Part shown: positions 1-8,168 of the stretch, piece by piece
Position numbering within the stretch: position 1 is the first letter of the stretch
How the letters are laid out: every line of letters starts with the position of its first letter
NCBI GenBank assembly: GCA_964632315.1
Contig: CAZWEM010000018.1
Coordinates: 7,894 to 31,893 of the forward strand
Source of the DNA: an uncultured archaeon
Lineage (GTDB): Archaea > Asgardarchaeota > Lokiarchaeia > Sigyniarchaeales > SOKP01
Direction: 5' to 3'
Length of the DNA stretch: 24,000 nucleotides
Made by a program: the position numbers and the translations under genes
The notes under the pieces: generated by a model
What the model saw: the letters and a program-made list of their open reading frames with translations, nothing else
Told to the model about the DNA's origin: nothing
The model's database searches: none

Positions 1-1
1 T

Positions 2-328
2 ACCTTGATTGATAACATGAAACCAGGAATCACATTTGACGAATGTTATGCAGCTGTAAGGAACGTAGCAGACAAATCGGGATATGCTAATGATTTATTC
101 TTTGGAATTGGCCATGGAATAGGATGCATTGGAAATGAAAGCTACCCAATTGTATTACCAGGTAAGGATTGGGGATCAATGTTTTTTGAAGAAAATATGG
201 TGGAAATAGCTGCAATAGTTTTTAATCGCCCTGGATTAGGAGGTTTAAGATTAGAATCCCCCACCTTAATTACAAACCATAAAGCTGAGGTGTTACCAAA
301 GACACCTTTTGAAGTAGATTATGTTTAA
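2..328 (+). CDS. M24-family metallopeptidase (Xaa-Pro aminopeptidase/creatinase-like), C-terminal fragment; the 5' end lies outside the window
   Basis: The frame is open from the window edge. The motif GIGHGIGCIGNESYPIV matches the GHGIG..E.P metal-binding region of the pita-bread (M24) fold. The protein ends with the typical LITN..EVL tail. Confidence 0.75.
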   Translation, partial: TLIDNMKPGITFDECYAAVRNVADKSGYANDLFFGIGHGIGCIGNESYPIVLPGKDWGSMFFEENMVEIAAIVFNRPGLGGLRLESPTLITNHKAEVLPKTPFEVDYV

Positions 329-343
329 AATTAATAAAAAAAA

Positions 344-817
344 TTAAATTCTTTCCTTTCCACATTTTTTGCAGAATTTAGCTGAAGGATCCATTTCCTC
401 TCCGCAATAGCTACAAATATTTTCTTGTTTAGATACCATCCTTTGAAGATTTACGGTTTTAATAATTGTTGAATTTACTAACTCACTTAAATAAGTCGCG
501 CTTTCTCTTCCATTATTCTTATTAGTGGCCATACTAATCGAAAAAATATGATTATCTCTGGTTTCAACAACCACTAAATACACATTTCTGAATTTTATAG
601 GATATACTTTCTTAATATTGGTTAAAGGGATTTTAAAACCCTCCTTATAATCATCAACCGAAGCACCAATATCTGTAAGACTTATGTTCGATCTTCTCAT
701 CAGAGATAAATTTTCTTCGCTAAGAAGAATTTTTCCTAATTCCATTTGATATTGCCACTTTTTTTGAAATACTTGTCCTTCGCAAAAATAACCATCCGAT
801 GTAAAGACTAATGACAT
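344..817 (-). CDS. Zinc-ribbon protein with a possible PH/GRAM-like N-terminal domain (hypothetical)
   Basis: 157-aa ORF. The C-terminal CSYCGEEMDPSAKFCKKCGKE is a classic CxxC-x9-CxxC zinc ribbon. The N-terminal beta-rich region (GKILLSEENLSLMRR...IPLTNIKKV) loosely resembles bacterial PH/GRAM-like domains; this is unverified. Confidence 0.55.
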   Translation of the reverse strand: MSLVFTSDGYFCEGQVFQKKWQYQMELGKILLSEENLSLMRRSNISLTDIGASVDDYKEGFKIPLTNIKKVYPIKFRNVYLVVVETRDNHIFSISMATNKNNGRESATYLSELVNSTIIKTVNLQRMVSKQENICSYCGEEMDPSAKFCKKCGKERI

Positions 818-973
818 TATAATTCTTTCTTATAAGTTTGGATTATATCTATTTTTGATTTTATTCTAAATTAATCATAGAAAAATTCACTTATATATCA
901 TGGTAAGTCCAATTTTTATCACTTATAAAAGCTCCATAAATTTTTAAATATGAACTCGATAACTACTTTAGAG

Positions 974-994
974 TTCCGATTAAATTAATTGGAA
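974..994. promoter_or_regulatory. 21-bp near-perfect palindrome (candidate operator) upstream of the 1031 gene
   Basis: ttccgattaaattaattggaa: 9 of 10 arm positions are complementary around a central A. GC-containing TTCC/GGAA ends sit in an otherwise AT-only spacer. It ends 36 nt upstream of the ATG at 1031. Confidence 0.3.
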
Positions 995-1030
995 TTAAAT
1001 AGAATTCAAATATTAAAATTGTGAAATTAA

Positions 1031-1570
1031 ATGTCTGAGCAACTACTTAAATGCAGAAATTTCATGCTTAAGGAAAAAATGATTTCTTTAACAGATAAAG
1101 GAGAAATTTTTAATGCAGACAACAACGAACTAATTGGTACTTTTCGAGGAAAGCTGATAAAGATTGGAAATACATATAGAATAAGAGATCTCAATGAAAC
1201 TCCAGTGTTGACGGTATCAGAGAAAATCATCTCTTTACGTTCCTCTTATAGATTCTATAATGGTGGAGAAAAGGACGATAGTCAATATTTAGGAATTTTG
1301 AAAAGGAAACTAGTATCAATTAAACCAAGCTATTGGTTTGAAGATCCCAATGAGAATAGAGTTTTTGAAATGAAAGGTAATATTTTTACACTAAAGTTCA
1401 GAATCTTGAAAGATGGCAAGGAAGTAGCTGAAATTAGCAAAAAACTTTGGAAAAGCTTACTTAGAGGCCATTATGGGGTAAAAATGAATCCTGATTTAGA
1501 TGATGGCTCTGCAATGCTCATATTGGGCATAGTATTAATGCTACATCATGAAAAAGAAGAAAATCGATAA
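1031..1570 (+). CDS. LURP-one-related (LOR/DUF567) tubby/scramblase-like fold protein
   Basis: 179 aa. Repeated beta-hairpin pattern (KEKMISLTDKGEIFNADNNELIG; GNIFTLKFRILKDGKEVAEISKKLW; YGVKMNPDLDDGSAMLILGIVLML) matches the architecture I recall for LOR/DUF567 proteins. This includes the hydrophobic C-terminal helix. Confidence 0.65.
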   Translation: MSEQLLKCRNFMLKEKMISLTDKGEIFNADNNELIGTFRGKLIKIGNTYRIRDLNETPVLTVSEKIISLRSSYRFYNGGEKDDSQYLGILKRKLVSIKPSYWFEDPNENRVFEMKGNIFTLKFRILKDGKEVAEISKKLWKSLLRGHYGVKMNPDLDDGSAMLILGIVLMLHHEKEENR

Positions 1571-1582
1571 ATCATGCAGTAA

Positions 1583-1590
1583 TTTTTTTT
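1583..1590 (+). terminator. Oligo-T tract, candidate archaeal terminator
   Basis: A T8 run lies 13 nt after the stop at 1568-1570, followed by a further T5 run. Archaeal RNAP terminates on oligo-T. Confidence 0.35.
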
Positions 1591-1616
1591 AATTTTTATT
1601 TTGTTATATTTATAGA

Positions 1617-2744
1617 ATGAAATTTACAACTTCTTCCCAAAAGAGTATTGTTTCTCTTTTAAAAGATTTGATTCAAATTCCGACGGAAAATCCCCCAGGT
1701 TTTACCAAGGAAATTATCAATTTCTTAACCTCCGAAGTTCTAACCGAAGAGCAAGGTTTTGAAAATAATATTATTGCATATAAAAAAGATAAAAATATTC
1801 TTCATAATCTCGTAAGCAAAATTGGAAATGGAGAAACAAAGATTATATTTTCTGGTCATTTTGATGTTGTTCCTGTGGGAAACCGTGGTGATTGGACAGT
1901 GGATCCTTTCTCTGGAAAAATCGTTGGGGACTATATATACGGACGAGGATCTGCTGATATGAAATCTGGGATAGTGGCATTATTAACTACGATAAAAAGC
2001 TTATCTCAAGTCCCTAATTTTTTAGATAAATGTACCTTAATCTTTGCTGGCACCGCTGATGAAGAACTTGGTATGACGGGTGCTCAAAAATTGCATCAAA
2101 TGGGAATTATGAAGGATGCAAATTTATTAATTGTGGCAGAACCTACAAAATTAAAAATTGGAGTGGCAGAAAAAGGATTATTATGGTTATCGGCAACTTT
2201 AAAAGGAAGATCAGCGCATGGGTCTATGCCGCACGAAGGAGTTAATGCAATTGAAAAAGCAATGAAATTCTTACCTAAAATAAAGAAATGTGTTGAAAAG
2301 AATCAAAATCCAATTTTAGGGAAGTCTACTGTTAATATCGGAACTATTAAAGGTGGAACGAGTATAAATATTGTTGCGGATAAAGTAACTGTTGAATTAG
2401 ACTTTCGATTAATACCCGAAGATAACTCAGATACTATTATCGCAAATCTAAGGGAAATAGATGAAGATTGTGAAATTAAAGTAATAAAAACTTTACCCGC
2501 ATTAGAATCAAATATTGAGCACGATTTTATCAAAAATCTTAAAAATGTGACAAAAACTGAACTCATTGGACTACCATATGCAACAGATGCTGCAGAATTA
2601 ATAAAATACAGTGATAAGGTTCCATTTGTAATATTTGGTCCAGGGGACCCTGTTCATATTCATAAAAATGATGAAAGAGTAAATATTGAAGATGTATTCA
2701 CTGCTACTAAAATCTTAAGAGACAGTATTTATATGACTTATTAG
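1617..2744 (+). CDS. M20-family metallohydrolase (ArgE/DapE/acetylornithine deacetylase-like)
   Basis: 375 aa. Motifs SGHFDVVP, GRGSADMKSG and TADEELG match the M20 metal and catalytic residues. A dimerisation-domain insertion is present, followed by a C-terminal HK.DE motif. Confidence 0.85.
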   Translation: MKFTTSSQKSIVSLLKDLIQIPTENPPGFTKEIINFLTSEVLTEEQGFENNIIAYKKDKNILHNLVSKIGNGETKIIFSGHFDVVPVGNRGDWTVDPFSGKIVGDYIYGRGSADMKSGIVALLTTIKSLSQVPNFLDKCTLIFAGTADEELGMTGAQKLHQMGIMKDANLLIVAEPTKLKIGVAEKGLLWLSATLKGRSAHGSMPHEGVNAIEKAMKFLPKIKKCVEKNQNPILGKSTVNIGTIKGGTSINIVADKVTVELDFRLIPEDNSDTIIANLREIDEDCEIKVIKTLPALESNIEHDFIKNLKNVTKTELIGLPYATDAAELIKYSDKVPFVIFGPGDPVHIHKNDERVNIEDVFTATKILRDSIYMTY

Positions 2745-2751
2745 AGAGAAA

Positions 2752-3903
2752 TTACAATGAATTAATAAATTTCTCAATCCTATCCAAAGCCTCTGATAAT
2801 TTACTATATTCTGTCGCATACGAAATTCTTAAACGATCATCAGAATATGACCCAAAAATATTCCCAGGTACAATTGCCACTCCTTGGGATTCCATGATTC
2901 TTCTAGAAAATTCAGTACTAGAAATATGGAAATTTTTAATTGAGGGCATTATGTAAAAAGCCCCCTTTGGTTTCACTACTTCAAAATTTAATTCACTCAA
3001 CCGATTATACGCTAATAAGCGTCTTCTATCGAAATCTTTTAAAATTTCATCAAAAAATAAATGATCCATCTTTAATGCTTCAATAAATCCATATTGTGCG
3101 GCATGATTGGTTCCTGCAGCGGTATATTGATGATATTTTTCTATAAGTCCAATAATTTCTTTGTTTGCAGCGACATAGCCCAGTCGGAAGCCTGTGGCAG
3201 AAAACAGTTTTGACATTGCATTTAATGTAATGGTCCTTTCAAACATATCACTAAATGATGCTGGACTATAATGCTTTAATCCATCATATAAATAATTTTC
3301 ATACACTTCATCAGAAATTAAATATAAATCATTTTCTATCACCAGTTCATTTATACGGTTTAATTCATTTAAAGATAAAGTGTATCCAGTGGGGTTATTA
3401 GGAGAATTTATTAAAATAGCTTTAGTTTTTGGAGTGATTGCTCTTTCCATCTCTAAAAGATTAATACTGAAATCTTTATTTCGTTTAAGCTCCACTACTT
3501 TCACGTCGTAAAAAAGAGCTAAATAAAAATATGATAAGAAATTAGGGGAAGGGATAATAATTTCATCTCCCGGATTAAATATCGTCGCAAAAGTAAGTGA
3601 GAGCGCTTGGGATCCTCCATTAGTAACAATTATATTTTTATCCCAATTAGTTTCAATGCTATTATATTTTCTAAGTTTTTCTTCAAGTAATTTTAGCAGC
3701 TCCGGGGTACCTCTTGTTGGGGCATAATACGTGATTTTTTTTTTTAGAGCATTAATATTTCCTTCGATTGCAGGATCGGGTGTTGGAAAATCGGGTTGTC
3801 CGATGCCCAAACTGATGACGTCTTTTCTACCAGCAGCAAGATCGAAAAGTTCTCGGATCTTTGATTTTGGTGCCTTCGCGACTTTTTGAGATAGTTCTTT
3901 CAT
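2752..3903 (-). CDS. Class I/II PLP-dependent aminotransferase (aspartate aminotransferase-like)
   Basis: 383 aa. NSPNNPTGY and the PLP-lysine motif SKLFSATGFRLGY are present; length is typical of AspC-type enzymes. Confidence 0.85.
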   Translation of the reverse strand: MKELSQKVAKAPKSKIRELFDLAAGRKDVISLGIGQPDFPTPDPAIEGNINALKKKITYYAPTRGTPELLKLLEEKLRKYNSIETNWDKNIIVTNGGSQALSLTFATIFNPGDEIIIPSPNFLSYFYLALFYDVKVVELKRNKDFSINLLEMERAITPKTKAILINSPNNPTGYTLSLNELNRINELVIENDLYLISDEVYENYLYDGLKHYSPASFSDMFERTITLNAMSKLFSATGFRLGYVAANKEIIGLIEKYHQYTAAGTNHAAQYGFIEALKMDHLFFDEILKDFDRRRLLAYNRLSELNFEVVKPKGAFYIMPSIKNFHISSTEFSRRIMESQGVAIVPGNIFGSYSDDRLRISYATEYSKLSEALDRIEKFINSL

Positions 3904-3983
3904 AGTTAAACAACCAAATAATGATATCTAAAGGGAATAATATTATATAAACTTAAAGCAAGAAGTACAATTAATTTAAATTA

Positions 3984-4535
3984 TTATATCTTTTCTCCTT
4001 GCTTTTCAAGGATCTCAAACACCAAAGTTTTAAACGCATTATCCACATTCTCTCCCAGTTTTGCACTGGTTTCAATGAATTTACTTGCTTTAATCTTCTC
4101 AGCCAAACTTTTCCCATCATTATCTGAGATCATTCTTTGGTCCTTTAAATCACATTTATTCCCAATTAAAAGGTATGTTCCCTCTTTCTTAACAAATTTT
4201 TTAAAGTCATTGAGCCACTTAGTTTCAATGGTATTGAATGTGTTAGATCTCGTAATATCATATACTAATAGAGCTCCTACGCATCCTTGATAATATAAAC
4301 TCCTCACGACATTATATTTTTCTTGTCCTGCTAAATCCCATACAATTAATCTAACTTTGGCATTTGAATTTTCTAATATTACATCTTTTCGGATGATATT
4401 TGCTCCTAGAGTTGGTTTATAATCTTCTTCAAAAGCATTTTCAACAAATTGGTTTATCAGAGACGTTTTTCCTACAGCACTATCTCCTAATATTACGATT
4501 TTAAAAACGTATTCCCTTGTTTCTTCTGTCGACAT
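3984..4535 (-). CDS. Ras-superfamily small GTPase, Rab-like
   Basis: 183 aa. G1 GDSAVGKTS, G3 WDLAGQE, G4 GNKCD, G5 ETSAK, and a Rab-like YYQGCVGALLVYDIT segment. There is no C-terminal Cys prenylation motif (ends ...EKQGEKI). Confidence 0.9.
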   Translation of the reverse strand: MSTEETREYVFKIVILGDSAVGKTSLINQFVENAFEEDYKPTLGANIIRKDVILENSNAKVRLIVWDLAGQEKYNVVRSLYYQGCVGALLVYDITRSNTFNTIETKWLNDFKKFVKKEGTYLLIGNKCDLKDQRMISDNDGKSLAEKIKASKFIETSAKLGENVDNAFKTLVFEILEKQGEKI

Positions 4536-4633
4536 GCTTTTTTTTTCACCCGATAATTTGTATGAAATTATTTTAAAATTGGATGAAGTTATATTTAACT
4601 ATTTATTGATTTTTGAAATAAAATAGTTATACC

Positions 4634-5221
4634 TTATTCAAGAATTTTATTTTCTATTAAAAGCGTCAATCTAAACGAATTATGATTTGGGGAATTTATA
4701 TTTTCTTTAATGCTTATAGGTCTAACTATCTTTTCAGAAGGTAGGGATTTTTCTAATGAATTAATAAGAAAAGCTTTGAAAAGATCGCATGAAATTCCGA
4801 TTTCAGAACAAAAAACACATTTTCTTACGTCAATTACATATTTAATATCTGATTTCTCTGAAATTTCAACTTTCCAATTCGTTTCTATCAAGCGATTTAT
4901 ATCGACAATAATCTCTTCGAATTTTTTCCCAAATGGATATAAATAAAATGAGAATTTTCGACCTATTTCATATAATAATTGAGATGAATCATAAAGTAAA
5001 CAATTTTGCGCAGTAATTATCTTTTTAAATGAAAAAAAATCAATTGTCCCATCCGGATCCACATCTCGAAGATCTTTTAAATCTAATAATTCTGCTTCTC
5101 GTAAAATAGATTTCATTCCATCATAATCAAGTGTATCTAAATAAGATTGGAGGAGTGCAGTTATTACGCGATTCTTAACACTACCTCTATATGCTCCAAT
5201 CATCTCAGAATTATTATCCAT
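4634..5221 (-). CDS. Hypothetical protein, tentatively V4R-like
   Basis: 195-aa ORF, co-directional with and 98 nt upstream of the GTPase gene. Its C-terminal half (LYEIGRKFSF...VIDVRKCVFCSEIGISCDLFKAFLINSLEK) has the Cys-punctuated helix pattern reminiscent of V4R domains. The match is weak and needs profile or structure search. Confidence 0.45.
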   Translation of the reverse strand: MDNNSEMIGAYRGSVKNRVITALLQSYLDTLDYDGMKSILREAELLDLKDLRDVDPDGTIDFFSFKKIITAQNCLLYDSSQLLYEIGRKFSFYLYPFGKKFEEIIVDINRLIETNWKVEISEKSDIKYVIDVRKCVFCSEIGISCDLFKAFLINSLEKSLPSEKIVRPISIKENINSPNHNSFRLTLLIENKILE

Positions 5222-5425
5222 AAGCGATCGTATACTTTTTATTTTTCTACAAAGCGGAATTAATACTTTTTCGACTAGCCTAATCTTCTCTCTAATATCT
5301 TTAGTCGGTTGAATGCTTTTAAGATTTTATTTTTAGTTGAATTATCTGATTATAATAAGAACTATTACAATTCTATTAATTAAATAAAATTAAGATTAAA
5401 AATAATAAGATATTAAAAAATTAGG

Positions 5426-7126
5426 TTATTCTTCAACAGTTTTAAGAATGTCTTCAATCTCAGATTGAATGACTTCTGCTTTCTTTGCTTGTTCTCCTTT
5501 TATGGCATTTCCAAGCTCGATCCGTTCACGATGGAGCGTATTCATGGCGCAAAATGGAACCTCTAATACCCTAGCATTGTCGTCGGGATCAATAACTCCA
5601 TAATGAACCAAGCACCTGCAAACTCTCTGGAGATCAAAGTTATATGCATCCTGGAAGTGCATGGCACTAATTAATAAGTTTTTAGTATGTAAGAAATTAG
5701 CTGCTGATGCAAGATTTGGAGCCATTACCAATCGAGCAAAACTCTGGAACGTTTGACTGGTTAAGATTTTTGCAGGATCCTTGACATATCTCATTGCCCC
5801 AGCCAAGTAGTAAGCTTTCATCATCTGACGATATCCTAGATTTGTCATGTCATCGATAAACTTACCAATAGTATTTGGAACGGAACCAAAATCTTCTAGA
5901 TTAATACCTTTTAGAAAATTAGTAGGTTTAGGAACCTCTTGATTTTGTACCATATCATATACTTTATTGGACCATCGAACGAGGCCCTCAGTATCGAAGT
6001 AATTTTCAATAGGCTCCCATTCATTGTTTTTATTAACAATACAAATTGTTGCAAATCCACAATCTTTATGACTCGTCATGGAAAATTCTGGAACATCATC
6101 AAACCAAGCAAGTAACCGAGTCATTTTTGCAGTCGTTGCTATAGGATAAAATCGCGCGATCGCATTGTTTGTAGCTTTATTAATAGCCACCTTTAAATCT
6201 GAGGTGGTATATCTAAGATCCATTAATTCTTCGAAGCTTATTCGACCACATAAAGATACTGGTTGGAAAACAACACCTGAGACCACATCCGTATTTTCTT
6301 TAGCAAAATTCAATATAGGTCCTACTTGATGATCATTAACACCTTTGGCAACTGTTGGTACTAATACAACTCCAAAAAATCCTATTTTTCTTGCATTTTC
6401 AATTACCTTTTTCTTTAGGGGCCATAGATTTACTCCCCTAACTTTCTTCCATGTTTCAGGATCGTCAGTAGCATCAAATTGGAGATAACAAGCTTTCATA
6501 CCTGCGTCCATGCACTTTTTCATGAATTCGGGAGATTTTCCAAATCTTACTCCATTAGTTGTAACCATGACTTCAACAAAACCAAGCTCAACTCCCTTTC
6601 TTATGATATCTGGAAGATCATTTCTTACTGTTGGTTCTCCTCCAGATAATTGGAGTAATACAGGAGATATTGGTCTCATTGATCTAAAATGTTCCATTAT
6701 TTGAACTATTTGGTCAAAAGTAGGTTCGACAACATAACCTTTTGCGCTAGCGTTTGCGAAACATATTGGACAAGTGAGGTTGCAACGATTCGTAATATCA
6801 ATCAAAGCAATATTTGGAGCGCTTTTATGATTTTGACATAAACCACAATCATTTGGGCATCCACTGCTAATATCCTTAATACCAGAGTTTACAAATTCTG
6901 GTTTCGTTGAGTTATCAATAGTAGAACCTAAATCATCAGTAAAAGTTTCAGCCCATTTATATTCTTCGGGATCAATGGAGAGCTTGTCCTTGAATTCTCC
7001 GTGTTCATCGCAATTTTTCCTCATCATGACCCAATTTGTCTTTGGATCAACATAAATTTCCGCGTCAATGGTCTTCATGCATTCTGGACAAATGCTTTGC
7101 GTGCGCCTTATAATTTCTTCAGTCAT
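5426..7126 (-). CDS. Radical SAM enzyme, COG1964-type; tetraether lipid synthase (Tes/GDGT-MAS)-like
   Basis: 566 aa. It has an N-terminal rubredoxin-like CPEC...CDEHG site and an auxiliary Cys cluster, GCPNDCGLCQNH. These are followed by the radical-SAM motif ITNRCNLTCPICFA, the SAM-binding LSGGEPT, and further C-terminal Cys residues (CRCLVHYG...FCAMN). This arrangement matches what I recall for the MJ0619/Tes family. Confidence 0.8.
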   Translation of the reverse strand: MTEEIIRRTQSICPECMKTIDAEIYVDPKTNWVMMRKNCDEHGEFKDKLSIDPEEYKWAETFTDDLGSTIDNSTKPEFVNSGIKDISSGCPNDCGLCQNHKSAPNIALIDITNRCNLTCPICFANASAKGYVVEPTFDQIVQIMEHFRSMRPISPVLLQLSGGEPTVRNDLPDIIRKGVELGFVEVMVTTNGVRFGKSPEFMKKCMDAGMKACYLQFDATDDPETWKKVRGVNLWPLKKKVIENARKIGFFGVVLVPTVAKGVNDHQVGPILNFAKENTDVVSGVVFQPVSLCGRISFEELMDLRYTTSDLKVAINKATNNAIARFYPIATTAKMTRLLAWFDDVPEFSMTSHKDCGFATICIVNKNNEWEPIENYFDTEGLVRWSNKVYDMVQNQEVPKPTNFLKGINLEDFGSVPNTIGKFIDDMTNLGYRQMMKAYYLAGAMRYVKDPAKILTSQTFQSFARLVMAPNLASAANFLHTKNLLISAMHFQDAYNFDLQRVCRCLVHYGVIDPDDNARVLEVPFCAMNTLHRERIELGNAIKGEQAKKAEVIQSEIEDILKTVEE

Positions 7127-7478
7127 GTGAATCAGTTTTTTTAGTTTTTATTTACTTAAACAAATATTTAATTAATCAAATAACACATTTTTCCTTAAAA
7201 AATTACCCATCATCATCATATTTGTAAAAGTATTATTAATCAAGAGTCTGATCGTTATTAAATTGTATTCTTTATAGAATAAATTGAAAATCCATATTCC
7301 TTATTATTTTATAAATTTTTAAAAAAATATGAGGAAGATACTAGGAACAACTGAATTTAAATTAAATTTATTAATACTAACTTTTATAATTTAAGAGAAG
7401 AAGATTAGACGATTTAAGACGGTTAAGGTGAGCTATTATTCCTTTAGGGATATTTTTAATAAAATGGGATGAACTTTT

Positions 7479-7485
7479 AGGAGGT
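7479..7485 (+). promoter_or_regulatory. Shine-Dalgarno-like AGGAGGT
   Basis: aggaggt lies 9 nt upstream of the ATG at 7495. Most other genes in the window lack an obvious SD. Confidence 0.35.
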
Positions 7486-7494
7486 TCAATTTAC

Positions 7495-8073
7495 ATGAAA
7501 TATCCCGAGGATCTTGAAATCAATTCAAATGTCGTTCAACAGATTCAAATATCCCATAATTTTGTTGAAAGTTATATCACAATTGAAGAAAAAGATTGGA
7601 ATTCGATCTCTTATTATAACGAAAATAAAGATATCATTATTGTACTTGCCTTAGACAAATTTGATGATGCCTCCGATTATACTATAATTTTGGATGAATT
7701 CAAAAAAGAACTTGACTTGGATATCAAGAAAGAACGCTTGAAGCGCCATTTAAAAGAGAAATATGATCTCTCATTAAAAGTATTTCGAACAAGAGACGAA
7801 GTGATCGCTAAATTAAGCAATGAGGTTGCCCATTTAAAGACTTTGGAATATGATTTGAAAAAACGTTTTGATAAAATCGCTAGGTCTGATCATTTAAAAG
7901 TAAAGAGTAAGATTCAATTTCTGCTTGCAGTTAATGATCTAGTATCATATGATGAACTTAAAAAAGTCATAAATACAAGCTCGAGATGGTTGAATGAAGT
8001 TCTTAAAACACTGTTAAAGTGTAATTTAATAGGGTATAATAACGAATCTGATTCTTACTTTTTAGTATTCTAA
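7495..8073 (+). CDS. Hypothetical protein: possible longin-like N-terminal region, a coiled coil and a C-terminal winged-helix-like domain
   Basis: 192-aa ORF. The central segment is charged and heptad-like (KKERLKRHLKEKYDLSLKVF...LKTLEYDLKKRFDK). The C-terminus (VSYDELKKVINTSSRWLNEVLKTLLKCNLIGY) looks like a wHTH. The in-frame upstream 63 nt is also open (see findings). Confidence 0.6.
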   Translation: MKYPEDLEINSNVVQQIQISHNFVESYITIEEKDWNSISYYNENKDIIIVLALDKFDDASDYTIILDEFKKELDLDIKKERLKRHLKEKYDLSLKVFRTRDEVIAKLSNEVAHLKTLEYDLKKRFDKIARSDHLKVKSKIQFLLAVNDLVSYDELKKVINTSSRWLNEVLKTLLKCNLIGYNNESDSYFLVF

Positions 8074-8168
8074 TTATATCGTTTCCCTCGTTATAAAATG
8101 AACAATTTATTAATCATGTAAGTCTTTTCTTCATAAAAATATGAACTTATTTAATTAAATTTACAATT

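Noticed and set aside
7329-7394. A 21-codon ORF (MRKILGTTEFKLNLLILTFII) in the divergent intergenic region upstream of 7495.
   Set aside because: It is too short, has no RBS or recognisable features, and sits in an AT-rich region where such ORFs arise by chance.
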